Notes: generated from the sequence alone by a model not told the origin. A stretch of 64,000 nt of DNA from Felis catus (GCF_018350175.1 NC_058368.1:65350001-65414000); one strand, 5' to 3'; counted from the first letter of the stretch, positions 38,805-51,723 are shown. Numbers and translations are program-made.

Positions 38805-39729
38805 TCATTGCATTTATAAGAACTTTTAATTTGAAGGAAGATGAATCTTTGCAGAAGCAATGCTGTCTATGGCCCCTATCTTTTCTTTTTTATTGATTCT
38901 AACAGGAAACTGACTGGATCCTGGTAAATTCTCAATTGGTTTTATTAAAATTACCAGTGGAGAGTGAAATGCATAGAGTAGGCGCAAACCTTGATTGAAA
39001 TCCGACATCAAATATTTCTTCTTGTTATAAAGTCAGTCTTTTTCATTCCGGACTTTTCTTTGGCTGTTATCGTGCTATGATAAACCCATCTGCTATTTCA
39101 GCACACGGTAAGAGATATCTTTATGCCAGTGTGGAGGATGCAGGAGGAATGATAAATGGCAAGGAAAGCCACTTACTCGTAATGCTTTTTGTCATAGTCA
39201 TGTCCTCTTGTCCTGTCATACATACCTTTCTTCCAGTGAGTTCAGCTGTTACTATGTGGCATTGCCAATCTACAAGCGAGGACTAGCTGGGAAGTTTCTG
39301 ATGGATGCCGAGGAGAGGGAATAGCACTCTGTGTTTTGTACATGACTGATAGATTTGGTCTCCCGAATTGTAGAAAGTGAACACATAGGTGAGAGTGGTC
39401 CTTTGAGGCTTCCTTCCTTCCTTCCCTGGTAACTAAGGAAATGGTAAGACTCATTCTAGGTGGTTTAGTATATGTGTTGCCGAAGTGAGTGCAAGAATCA
39501 TTCTAGGTAGTTGAATTGTTTACAGACATGTGCTGGATTTCTTTTGTTGGTTTTTGTTGCTTGATGCTGGTGGACCACCCCCTGCAAAGAAGAAAAATTC
39601 TTATCTTAGGTCATGAAGGTGAACAAATAATATGACCAAGTGATTCTTTTCTGTAATAAAATGTAGACAACTTGATTGTGTTAGGAGTAGCATATTTTCT
39701 GACATAGAAAAAAGATCTGGAGATTACAG

Positions 39730-41470
39730 TCAAACATGGCAACCTGAGTAAATGTGTTTGCCTCTAGTCTGTCCTAAACACCTCACTGAAATGATCAGAA
39801 GAAAAAGGATAGGAACACATGTGAGCAAAAAGAATTGGATGGAGATCATAGATTGGAAATGTCCTGAGTTTCTGGGTAAAATTGGAAGGAAGGATTACTA
39901 GAGCAGAGAGAGTTGAATACCTAGTGCTTGCAGAGGGAGGTACCAACAAGCAGGAAGCAAATTTATGCTTCAGAACCCTGGAAACTTCTAGAATTGGAAA
40001 TAGTAGATATTGCAGAAGGTGGGAGTGAAAATGGGGCGAAAAACATGGAGTTTTAGGGAAAGTTTGAGTAAGATATGTTACAGCTCCTCAGGCCTCCTTC
40101 CCCTGTAGGAACAGACAACTGATTATTAGAGTCCTACTTAGTCAGAGACACTGAGCTAGAGTGATTCTAAACATGGGAACACCATGCACAGCTAAAGGTA
40201 GTCTGCATGATTACCAGTGTAGAGCCCTGGGTCTCTCCTGCCATGTATCTCCATGGACATTGGTAGGCAGGCCTTTAACTCTCAGACAGGAGATTAGTGA
40301 AAGCTTATTTTCTGGAGAAGCTAGCTCTACAGAGAAGATCTACATATCTTTGATATTTGAGAGATCAAGTCCCTGCAGTGAAATCCATTTGTTGATAAGC
40401 TGCAGCCCTTGCCCATAGCATTCGCAGGCATTATTTTATTTTCTCACTCTTAAATATATCCAAGGGTCCCCATGTGTTTGGAGTACATGCCAAAAAACAA
40501 AACAAAACAAAACACAAAAAACCAAAAAACAAAACAAAAACAAATGGGCTGCAGCAAAAGGCAAGAACTACCAGAAAGGAGCTTGGAGAAACTCAATTAA
40601 TAGTTAAGGAACAGAAAAAAAATGACTCAAATGAAAAAGGAAAGTAACTTAGAGAAATAAGAGAAGATATTGTATCTATGGAAAAGAATGTAATGCTATT
40701 GCAATCAGAACAAGTTAAGAAGTAAGATCTTGAGAAATTTTAAGAATTGAAAGCAGAAGAAAATTAATCAATAGAAGAGTCTGACCGTTAAGGAAATAAT
40801 CCTAGAAAACAACAAGCAGACTACATAATATCCAGCTGATAGTGTTTTCATTAAAAGAGCAGCATAAACAAAAGAAAAGACTTTCACAAAGTAATTTAAA
40901 AAAAAAAATTGTCCCAGAACTGAAGGGCACAAACTTCCACATTGCAATTCATAATGAAATTCTTGAAAAAGAGCCAAGAACAGCATCATGAAATTTTAGA
41001 ACTCTAGGCATGAAGACTGGATCCTAAAGGCCTTTAAGTGAGAAAAATAAATCCTTTGTTGTGTACAAAGGATTGAGTCCAAGTGGCACTGGTTGCCCCT
41101 GTAGCAATATAGAAACTAGAAGTAGTGAAGGAAAATCACAGGATAATAGCCATTTGACAGGTCTGGGATCAACCAACTCAAATTGGAGCAGAATTGAGGG
41201 CTCCAAGACTGTGGATTACCTGATACCTGATACCTTTGAGCATACGAAAACCTGTATTTTAAATTGCTTTAGTGTTGGAGAGTTTGGGAAGAGTCTAAGG
41301 AAAGGGAAAAGGAGAGGCAACAATTAAATCTAGGAAAAAAATATAAAGTTTTACAAAAAAGGAAATATCACAGTGTACAATATTGCTCATCAGAGAAAAT
41401 ATATGTACTCATAATAGTATAAATATTGCCCAATATCTTAGCAAAAAATGGTTATATATATGTGTTCCAC
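39730..41470 (+). mobile_element. HAL1 (half-L1)-like ancient LINE remnant
   Basis: A-rich sense strand; 5' 'caaacatggc'; 'tcccagaactgaagggcacaaacttccacattg', 'catcatgaaattttagaac', 'aattggagcagaattgagggctcc', 'gattacctgat' resemble HAL1. Confidence 0.6.
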
Positions 41471-41566
41471 AAAAATGGACTCTTAGGAGTTGTGACTTCC
41501 TTTGCTCTCACTAAAGAATAAATAACCATAGTTTTTTTAAGTACATTTTTTTGTTTTAATGATATT

Positions 41567-41754
41567 AATTTTTTTTAATGTTTATTTACTTTTGAGGGTG
41601 GGGGGTAGAGAGAGAGGGAGACACAGAATCCGAAGCAGGCTCCAGGCTCTGAGTTGTCAGCATAGAGCCCAATGCAGGGCTTGAACTCACAAACCGTGAG
41701 ATCATGACCTGAGCTGAGGTTGGACGCTTAACTGATTGAGACACCCCGGCACCC
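41567..41754 (-). mobile_element. Can-SINE
   Basis: Antisense SINEC; TSD ttgttttaa..atatt at 41551-41566 and 41755-41770. Confidence 0.93.
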
Positions 41755-41805
41755 TTGTTTTAACTATATTTTAAAGTCATTTCCTTAAAAACATAAACTT
41801 TTTTT

Positions 41806-41995
41806 GGGGTTCCTTGGTGGCTCAGTTGGTTAAGCATTGAACTCTTGATTTTGGCTCAGGTCATGATCTCATAATTTGTGAGATTCAAGCACAGAGCCTG
41901 GTTGGGATTCTCTCTCTCCCTTTCTCTCTGTCCCTCCCCTGCTCTCTCTCTCTCTCTGTCTCTGTCTCTCAAAAATTAATTAATTAAAAAAAGAA
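41806..41995 (+). mobile_element. Can-SINE, internally deleted
   Basis: 'ggggttccttggtggctcagttggttaagc' head, CT linker, A tail; aaactttttt flanks. Confidence 0.92.
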
Positions 41996-43615
41996 GCAAA
42001 CTTTTTTGAATTTAGCTATCTATTAAAGGTAGCATTTATAAAGGAAAAGGATTTAATTCAAAAGACAGCAACAAATAATATTAAACTGTTCGACTCAGGT
42101 TGATTTGACAGCAACAAATTATTGTAATTGTTTATTGTTTTGTTGCTGCAGATATTTCAATTCAAAACTTTAAATAGTATGAAATATGCAGACTAAAAGG
42201 TATTGTTTAAATGAGAATATTGTGACTTTCACAAATAGTAACTATATTGGAAAAATATTTCTAGAAGGGGCATACATATACCCAAACTTGATGACATATT
42301 TTTGGTGACATATCATGGCTTAGGAAGAAAAAAAAAAAACAAATGAAAAAAACAACACTGGAATCACTTTGGGAAATATACCACAATTTTTAAAAGTGTT
42401 TTTTGATAGAGCAATTCATCAATGAGTAGTTTATTGAATATGAAAAACAAATTCCTGAACATTCTTCCCTACTCAGCTACTATCGCCTTACCAATAAGAA
42501 TTGCTCTCCATCAACAAATCTTTATGGCACAGGAGGGAGTGATTTCTAGGACAGGTGAAGCTTCATATTTCTCATTGCTAGTTAAGCTAATTCTATTTTA
42601 ACAATAGCAATTTTAAAAATTGCCATGGTTTTGCTTTTTTCTCTAATCAGCACCATGCTGGTTATGAGCAAAAAGGTTCATTTATATAATTTTTTTTCTG
42701 CAGTACGCTTGATTGTTAATTTCCAGGTCAGTATCCAGTCTATCAAAGTTTCATGGGGTGATAATTTATGCTTATAATGGACAGTCTATTTAAAACTATG
42801 ATGAGGTCACCCCATTTCAGCTAAAGCAGCTGAAATACTGAATCCTACTCTCTCACTTCCTAAGAATCACATCACTTTAGTTTGTTAGTTTCCCATCTTT
42901 AATGATGGTGTTTCATTCACATAAAACTTCAACCTTCTCACAATCCAATTTATTAGTAGCAGTTCACATTTTATTAATTGTGTGTCTCATCCCTCGAGGC
43001 AAATCACATTGCTCCCCCCTCCCTCCTTCCTTGCTTTCTCCCTCCCTCTCTCCTCCCCTTTCTTCCTTTCTTCCTTTCTTAATACTATCCTGCAAGTAAA
43101 GGAATGACTTCATCTCCCAGGTAATGCCTTCCTCTATTATTTCTTGAATTGAGGGCTCCAATCTTATATCGTGTTGTACACAGGACAGATTATAAGTTTA
43201 ACTGATAACTCCTTTTTTGATTCCATTGTCAAATAAACTATTTTTCAGACTGCAGCTTAGCACATTTTTCAGCATTAAGCCAATAATAGAATCAGCGAAT
43301 CAGAGAATTTTAGGGTTGAAATGGACTCTAGAAAGTATTTATTCTAAATCCATCCAAAGAGATTATGTTCCTTAAAGCAGGGATGTTTTCATTTCCCCCT
43401 AGAAAATAGTGCCAAATACACTCATGTAATAAATAAAAGAAGTCGCCTCACTAAAGCACTGTCCCCGGTGCTCCACATCTATGAGCAGCTTAAATAGCCA
43501 AATCTGGGTTGTCTCTGATCTTTTATCTGGAATTGTCAGCTCATTTCAACTTCTAGTGTGAGACCACTATTAGCACTAACTGGGTGGGCTTTGGGTGGGG
43601 TTATATCTTGTAGAA

Positions 43616-43901
43616 CAGTGCTTCTCAAACCCTGGGCGGGAAAGGACCAGTTCTCCTTGTAAACCTCCTCTTCCTCCTCCTCCTGCTCCTCTTCCTTCCT
43701 CTTCCAATCCATTGCAGATTGATTCTTTCACAGAATACAATAAAGTTATTTTCTAAAATTTAATTTAAAAACAAATCACAAGTCTATTATTAAATTCGGT
43801 AGATATGAAAATGTCAACTTGTTATAAAAATTTCTGTTACTCCCGACACTGCGTATCTCCTTAGAGTCTGGTAAAAAAGCAGTTCAGTCTGAGGAGCACT
43901 G
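43616..43901. mobile_element. hAT-Charlie non-autonomous DNA transposon (Charlie4-like)
   Basis: Terminal inverted repeats CAGTGCTTCTCA...TGAGGAGCACTG (11/12 match); internal 'tattattaaattc..aaaatgtcaacttgttataaaa'. Confidence 0.7.
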
Positions 43902-44619
43902 CTGTGCTCTGTGAGGCTTGATGTTGTGTGATGAACTTCCATTTTCTTTCCATTGGAATTGGATACATCTTAAATATTGGTCCAGCAACACAAATGACCG
44001 CTCCATATTTTATGTCTGTTTTTGTGACTATTATCACAGACATTTTTATGTCAGGTTATACATGGGAATGATAAATTCCCTTTATAATGTAAATTTGTTA
44101 GCAGCCAACTCATCCATGTTTCTGTTATAATGACCATTATATTCTTAAGAGATCTATGATGGCTTTATTGAGGGCATATCACATATGGACAAATTTATTA
44201 TGTCATAGACAAAATATATGATTGTGTGTCTATGTGAGATTATTTAGATGTATGTAATATATGTAAACATACATATAATAACAGCTTCTCAGCAGTTATA
44301 CCAAGGACCACTCATTAGAATGGTTTGGGCTGCCATTTTCTCTTTCCTTCTTTTTCTTTGTCCTTTGCCATTCTTCCTGCACCTCATTGCTGTGTGAGCC
44401 TTTTCACCGTGTTGTCATGGATATGCCTCAGTTGCCAGTTTCCACCTGTTCTAAGTCCAAGTCCTATTTTGTGTCCAGCTCATGGTTCACTGGGGTTGAT
44501 CTCAGGTCCCAGAGAGTTTCAATTCTTGACTTTAGATCAGAACTCTTAGGGCTTAGAAAGTTGTATACCGTCAACAGGACTTTGCATCTGTGTCTCTTAA
44601 TGTTATTTTAACTACATCA

Positions 44620-45010
44620 GAGGTTTGTTGATTCGATGTGAGGCACCATGCTACGTATTCGAGAAAAAAGATGCAGCAGTCATGAATACTGCACCCAAGC
44701 AAGGGCTTTACAGTTTAGGAGGAGATAGACACATAAGTAACTTGCTAACAGAAGCTGTGATAGAAGTCTTTATATGCTACGATGAGGACATAAAAGAGGG
44801 ATTAGGTCATTTACTTCGGGGATAAGTTAAGAAAGCCTTTACTAAAGTGCTGTAGTTGAGCTGACTTAAGGTGAGTTAGTGGTGGGTGATATGTGCGTTC
44901 TGTGTGGGGGCTTGGGTGGGTGATACATTCTAGGGCTGATGAATCTAAAAAAGGCACTGAGATGTGAAAATGGAATGAGATCTGAGTTTTGGAACTACAT
45001 GTTTTGGTGC
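44620..45010 (-). mobile_element. L2 fragment
   Basis: 'aggcaccatgcta...gatgcagcagtcatgaa...ctttacagtttag..ggagatagacac' antisense L2 pattern. Confidence 0.55.
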
Positions 45011-45350
45011 TCCCAGTTTATTCAGCTTAAGTGGTAACTTAAGTGGTAGCTCCGTGTTTTATGCTTTTTTTGAGACCCCAGTTATGAGAACCAAAAGTGG
45101 TATTTACTTTTAAGATTCAAGTGGGGCCTGCGTGGACCCTACCTCTTTTCAGTATTACCTGGAGAAAATTATTGCAAGGATTCATGCACAGCAAATGGGC
45201 AGTTAAAGGTTTGTAGACATGTGTCTATATTTTGAAGGACTTAGGATGATCTTTGGAGAAATAAAAATGTCAATGCTTAGGTAATACACTAGAAACTAAC
45301 AAGGTGTCTTTAGTCTTACTTTATTTGGATTTGTACATTAAGAATTTTCA

Positions 45351-45545
45351 GGGGCGCCGGGATGGCTCAGTTGGTTAAGCCTCTGACTCTTCGTTTCGGC
45401 TCAGGTCATGATCTCATGGTTTGTGAGTTTGAGCTCCACATCGGGCTCAATGTCAGGCTGACAGCGCAGAACCTGCTTGGGATTCTGTCTCTCCCTCTCT
45501 CCCCCACCACCCCCCCCCCCAAATAAATAAGTAGACTTAAAAAAC
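45351..45545 (+). mobile_element. Can-SINE
   Basis: SINEC head and body; TSD aagaatt(t/a)tca at 45340-45350 and 45546-45556. Confidence 0.94.
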
Positions 45546-48249
45546 AAGAATTATCAGCCAGTTAGCCCATTAAGAGGTAGTTTTTAATTAGGTGTTTGTA
45601 ATAATTCATGACTGTTTATGAAAGTATATTGGCATATATTTTAAATTTTCATGATTAATTTTGTTATATTTAAGCCCCAATACAGCTTTTCAGAAGTAGA
45701 AACCCAATACGTTGCTTTGTACTTAATAGGCAATGAGGATTTGAGTTATACCGACTTGTGCTGAGAATTCAGATGGGAACAAGGAATGGCTTATACTTCA
45801 GTAAGGGTGGAACACAAGATGTGGTTGAGACAGGTCAATGGGACAGGGAGCAGTAATGCTGGAGGAACAGGCAACGGCCACGCTAAGGCACTGAACTTTG
45901 TTTTTAGGCCGTGAGAGACCTTAAACAGTTTTAAAGCATTATGGAGGGTGTGTGTGTAAGAGGAGCATCTGATTTGTGTTTTAGGCGTACCGACATAGTA
46001 GTAATACAGGATGCATTTATTTTATTTCAGTGAAACACCTGTACTGATAGGTGAAGAGATCAGAGCCCGGGAGACGAATTAAGAGACTCTAGCGAGGTGG
46101 ATACAGAGGAGAGATGCAGGGACACATCTACGTGGCTACTAATTTTATTCATTCAATAGATAATCATTAAGTTCCAAGTCATCACAAGGTGCTGGGACAT
46201 AATAGAGAGCAACACAGACATGGTTCTTGCCTTCCTGGAGCACCAGAAATCTAAGACAGCCTCCAGTCTCTGCGTAGGTAACCTAACAGGGGCTGATGCT
46301 CTCAGCACCACAGGAACTGTGGGGCGAGGTGGAGGGTGGTTGGGGAGGGACTTGCGTGTGTGAGTTGAGGTTTCTCAGCAGTTGCAGATGGCGTTCAGTG
46401 TTGGAAGGGCTGAGGTAAAAGTACTTGGGAAGTAATTGGGAGACTTTGGGGTGGGGGGGGGGTGGTCTAGTTACAACGCAAATGTTAATGCAGTAGGTCT
46501 GAGGTGGAGAGCTCTTGCGTGGTGCCGATGCTGTCTGTCCTTGGAACATAGTCAAAGCCCCAGAAGTGTGGTTCGGAAGCTGGTTGAAAATAGTTAAATA
46601 GTTGAAAATAGGGTAGATAACTCCCTACTCTGGGAGAATATCCACAGTATAACTCTTTGTCTCTCTTTCTCTGCACATGGGAGTGCATACGCACACACAC
46701 ACAGACACAAACTTCAAGCTTGAGAAGAAATTCATAAACACTATTTGTGAGTGGAACCATTTGCAGATTGGGTCATGCCTACATATGTGTACGTAGACAT
46801 TCATTTACAATGAAGTTGCTTTTGCAGAAAGTCCGTAATCTCCAGGTCATCTGGAAGATATTTCTTTATGTCAAACATGAACAGAACATATTTTGTTGAC
46901 TTTACTTGTGGTTGTCAGAGGGGAATAATGAACTCACGTTTACAGATAACCATTTCCAACCCACACTTTTAAGTGTTGACTTTTCGACTCTAATCCATAA
47001 AATCTGAAAGGCGGTGAAAAAGAGAAAACAAAATGTCCAGCTAACATTTGTAAGGAATGTGTTTCTGTGAGGGAAATACCGTGTAGTGTTTGTTGCCTTG
47101 GGGGAAGAAGGTACCAAATGTCATTTGTGGAATAAATATATATAATTGCATGTCCTAGTCTGAGCCTGCACTAAAAAACAGTAGATGTTATTGGTTTTTC
47201 ACTTTTTGGTTGCCTCACAAGGCAAGACAGTTAAGATGAAATCCTCAGCTTTTTATTCTAAGCATCTTATGTAAAAACAAGGATGAGAATACAGAACAGG
47301 GCTTTTCTGTGATGCGGAAAATAGCCAGGAGGTTGGATTCCTTTTAACAGTTTTTTATGTGTTGAGATCCAGTCAATGTTTGTGTGGTAAGTAGTCATTT
47401 GACTTAAATGTATCTTTTCAGAAGCATTACTTACTCTTGCAGTCACTAATGAATGTTCTCATTGCTCTGAGCATTGCCTATATAAATTATTAGGAAAAAT
47501 TGAGCAAATATTACCTTCCTTCTAATGGGGATATTTCTCTATTGGGACCCATTTGTTTACTGTAACTGCTGGGATGGCGTGGTCAGTGCGACTCTGAAGG
47601 CGTTCTAGGAGTAAGACTTTCTAGTTTTTGGTTGGATTTGTAGTTTTATTTCCTCTTACACTTGTTCATTGACTCTACTCTCATTTAACAGAAAAAAAAA
47701 TCAATTGCATAGAGGAAGATAGAGATGGTTCAGTCTCATTAATAGACCAACACCTCATTAGGGAGATGACTGTTGTATAATGAAAGGTGCTTAATGTCAG
47801 AAGACCTGGATTAAAATCCTGGCTCAGTTCCTTGCCAGTTTAGAAACCATCTCAGAGCCTTGGCCGCCTCATCATGGAATGCTGTGCAGGCAAAATGCAT
47901 TTATAATATAGTAATATGTGTGCCGTGAGGAAGGTCTCATGGAGGCAGTGCTCATAATCAAGTGCCTCAGATTGAAAAGTGAGTAAATAATAAAATGAAT
48001 GACAAGTCATAAAAAGTCAGGTCCTTATTTTAATTTTTTTGTTTTCAGCTTTGAAATTGGTGTTACTATGTATGTTAATGCCCTGATAAAAGATCTATAG
48101 AGCTTATGATCTATGCATTCAGAGGAAGTGATGTAGAGCTTTGAGGAAATGTGTAAATATAAAAAAATAACCTTTGAAAAATGACCATTTTGATCATAAA
48201 ATACCTTTTTTATACATTCATATTTATGATTTTCCCAAACTATTAGGTC

Positions 48250-48462
48250 TTTTTAAAGTTTTTATTTATTTTTGAGAGAGAGAATGTCAGCGTGTGAGTG
48301 GGGGAGGGACAGAGAACAAGGGAGACACAGAATAGAATCCAAAGCAGGCTCCAGGCTCTGAGCTGTCAGCACAGAGCCTGATGCTGGGCTCGACTCATGA
48401 ACTGCAAGGTCATGACATCAGCCTAAGTCGGATGCTCAGCTGACTGGGCCACCCGGGCGCCC
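48250..48462 (-). mobile_element. Can-SINE
   Basis: Antisense SINEC ending 'ccacccgggcgccc'; no clear TSD. Confidence 0.92.
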
Positions 48463-48690
48463 TTTTTTCCCCTCAAGCATGATTTCACTAAACTTTAGTA
48501 TCTTGCACATTTTCTTCCAGAAGACATCTTTATTTTGTGCTTGGATCCATATTGAAAATAATTTAATTAAATCATTTAAGTATATAAAGCAAATTACTAG
48601 GTGCACTTACATACATAAAGCTTATAGCCACCAATGTTTTATACTTTTAGATACTAAAAAATTCTAGCTTGTTTTTTCACTAAGGATAAA

Positions 48691-48691
<1 letters not shown>

Positions 48692-48730
<39 letters not shown>
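48692..48730. repeat. (TG)n microsatellite
   Basis: Direct dinucleotide run. Confidence 0.95.
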
Positions 48731-49737
48731 TATATTCTGTATATGAAAAACAAAATAATAATCTGGAGTCTACAAAGATTATTTTGTTTGTTTCTCTTCT
48801 TTGGCCTAAGAAAATATTGCTTAGACTGAAATAAATATAAAATTTTGAAATTTTCCTGGCTGTTAGCCAGAATTTATACAATATGATGGCACAAATGAGG
48901 TATGTGCTCTTGTCATATGTGTATTAAATGCTGAATTAGTATTATAGAAGACTATGTAGTTTTGGAAAAATTAGGAATTTCTCCTCAAAAGTTCACCTGT
49001 GCTTCCTGTTGACAGCATTGACATGCCAGGAAGTAGATTTTACCTTCAGTGACAGTTATCAGAACTCAGAGCTGTAGAATCTGATTTTCCACAGAGGTCA
49101 AAGAGCAGGATAAATTTGTGTATGTTTTTAAATATTAGAGGAAATCTTTACAAGAATTATCTGTGTAAAATCGCTTCTAACATTTCCTCCCATGGTGACC
49201 TAGATGAAACCGTGTACCCTGAGACATACTAACTAAAAATAGGTACCGAGGAGGAGTTGATTTCTCTTAATACACTGGCCTCAGGGAAACTCAGAAACTC
49301 AGGTTCACTATGTTTTGTGGTCAACCTAACTGCCCACTGAGAAAATTCTTTTAATGTCTCGATTCTGATCCCAAGTATAAACAAGATAACTTATGGCATG
49401 TACACAGCATTTTGATACTTGGGTAATAAAGCAAAAGCCAGCTTACTAGTCACTTATCAGCTACTATAAACCATAAATGGATTAAATGCTCTTAACTATG
49501 TAAAAAAAAAAGTTTAGTTTTTTCGTTGCAATTCAATTAAAAGCAGGGTTGGCTACTTTGTAAATGCCTTCTCCCTACTTCTTGTTCTGTTGATCAGCTA
49601 CAGGATAAAAAAGGTGAGTTGCATATTTAAATTAGTTTTGATTGTTAATAGGGATTTATGTTATTTCCTGAAGTTCCTAAGACTGGACTTTATCAGTGGA
49701 TCCTCTCTGTTTCAATGGTTAATGGTGAAAAATAGCT

Positions 49738-50143
49738 TGTTAAAAACAAAAACAAAAATAAAACACACAATTCAACTGAGTGAACTGTAAAGATCTCATG
49801 GGTTTTAATCCATGACTCATGAATTGGGCAGCATTTTATGTAGCAGATAGAAAGGAGCTCTGAATAGCTGTACAGAATGGAAGACTTTTATAGGAAGAAG
49901 TAGTTGGGACAAAGAAGTTACTAGCAAAGAGTGGGTTGTTTCAAGGATGGTCACCTTCCTTTGAGAGATGATAGGAGTTTATTACATTACTTCCCTAGGG
50001 CTGGCCAGGTAATTCCAGATTGACTGGTTTAAGATTCCACTCTTGGGAGAGGTTGACAGTAATTAAGTAAAGTGTTAAGTCTTGCTTTGGTTATGTGGGC
50101 TTAGCACAAGTGACTCCATTTTGGATCTGTTGTCTCTTTTTCA
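49738..50143 (-). mobile_element. ERV1-class solo LTR
   Basis: TGTTA...TCA termini; 'tcatgaattgggcagcat', 'tttatagg' (antisense TATA), 'aagtgactccattttgg' typical of MER4-group LTRs. Confidence 0.65.
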
Positions 50144-50151
50144 GTGGGCTT

Positions 50152-50343
50152 GGGGTTCCTGGGTGGCTCTGACTCTTGGTTTAGGCTCAGGTCATGATCT
50201 CACCGTTCGTGAGTTTGAGCCCTGTGTCTGCTTGGGATTCTCTTTCTCTGCCTCTCTCTTTGCCCCTCCCCCACTAGCACAAGTGCTCTCTCTGTCTCTC
50301 TCTATCCTTCTCAAAGTACATAAATAAACTTAAAAAAAAAAAA
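50152..50343 (+). mobile_element. Can-SINE with two internal deletions
   Basis: SINEC head lacking the 'cagtcggttaagc' segment and a post-B-box segment; A tail; short TSD gggctt. Confidence 0.9.
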
Positions 50344-50749
50344 GGGCTTAGAGAGCCTAGGTTACATTTCTTTCAGGGAAGAATGGAGTATGTTGTTGAT
50401 ATTTTTAGGCTTTCCTTACTGTATTCTTACAGGCTTTTTTTTTTTTTTTTTTTGCTGAATAGCTACCAAAGAGGCAAATGTTAAATGAAAATGAGTTCCC
50501 TGAAAGTGTTAAGTGTCCATGAAACATCATCAGTCTGCTATCCTTTTTCCTGATTTCCTTAAACCCAACAGGTAAAGGAGTGAACAAATAAAACCTTAGT
50601 TACAAAAGTTTCATAACATTAAAATCTATATAATAATGAAATTATAAATCAATCCATTGTTTAGGAAGATTCAAGAAAGCCTAGGTCATATTTTATTAAA
50701 ATTAAAATTATTTACTTCACAGGTAGAGGTTTTATGAGTTTGGGAAGTT

Positions 50750-50793
50750 GCATTAATTAAGGCCAAAGTTAGCATTAATTAAGGCCAGAGTTA
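50750..50793. repeat. 22-bp tandem duplication
   Basis: gcattaattaaggcca(a/g)agtta twice. Confidence 0.9.
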
Positions 50794-50849
50794 GCATAAG
50801 TTAACATAAGTGTAAAGAGAGACAAAGGTTCGTTGTGTGTTTTAACATG

Positions 50850-51046
50850 GAAGCTTTTTGCATTCGGAGTGAGGTAATTCTTCATTGTGCAAAAATGTCT
50901 CACATATCATGGGATGTTCAGTATGTAATGTTCCCACTCACTGAATGCCAGCTGACCCCGTCTGTCATTGTGATAATCAAAACTGCCTTCATAGATTTCC
51001 AAATGTTTCCAGTGAGGCTGCTAATTCATCCACTGAAAGTCACTGC
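50850..51046. mobile_element. MER3/MER20-like hAT MITE
   Basis: 'taattcttcattgtg...cccactcactgaatgccag...gtcattgtgataatcaaaa...tttccaaatg', ends 'gaaagtcactg'. Confidence 0.55.
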
Positions 51047-51588
51047 TTTATCATAAAGATTTGATTGTTCTTACTTAAGTGATCATACATCATTTTCTCA
51101 CTTGGGTACCCCAGCTCTTTTGATCTTGGTATCATTGCCTCCCAACACCTCATTCTAGGACTTGCTTTACTGGCTCAAGATTTTCTTGCATCTTTCATTT
51201 TTCTTTCTCTACTGGCTTCTGTCAACATATAGACAAAATCTTGTATGTCTAATCATGCATAAATACAAACAAAACAGTTACCATTCAAACAAAACTTTGC
51301 GTCCCCAAATTGTATCTTTTTATGCTTGTATCACTTTTTTTTTTTTAGGCTGTAGTCTTGTGGAATTAAGCCTGATTTTCATAGGCCTCATAATAAAATA
51401 TAAAGGAGAGAACGTTACAAATTACAAATAAATGTAGCACAAAGAACTTTGAGAAGACCCACATGCTCATTGTATTTTCAGAAGGTCTTGGGAATAACTA
51501 AGGAGGTTAGATGTTTTGGCTTTGTTTCAGTCTTACTTGTTACTCTGTAGTGTGTTATGCTATTAATAATGAATAGTATATTTTGAAA

Positions 51589-51723
51589 TCCTTCCTTCCC
51601 TCCCTCCCCCCTTCCCTTCCCCCCTTCCCTTCCCCCCTTCCCTTCCTCCCTCCCTCCCTCCCTCCCTTCCTTCCTTCCTTCCTTCCTTCCTTCCTTCCTT
51701 CCTTCCTTCCTTCCTTCTCTTTC
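51589..51723. repeat. Compound (TCCC)/(TTCC)n polypyrimidine tract
   Basis: ~135 bp of C/T only. Confidence 0.95.
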
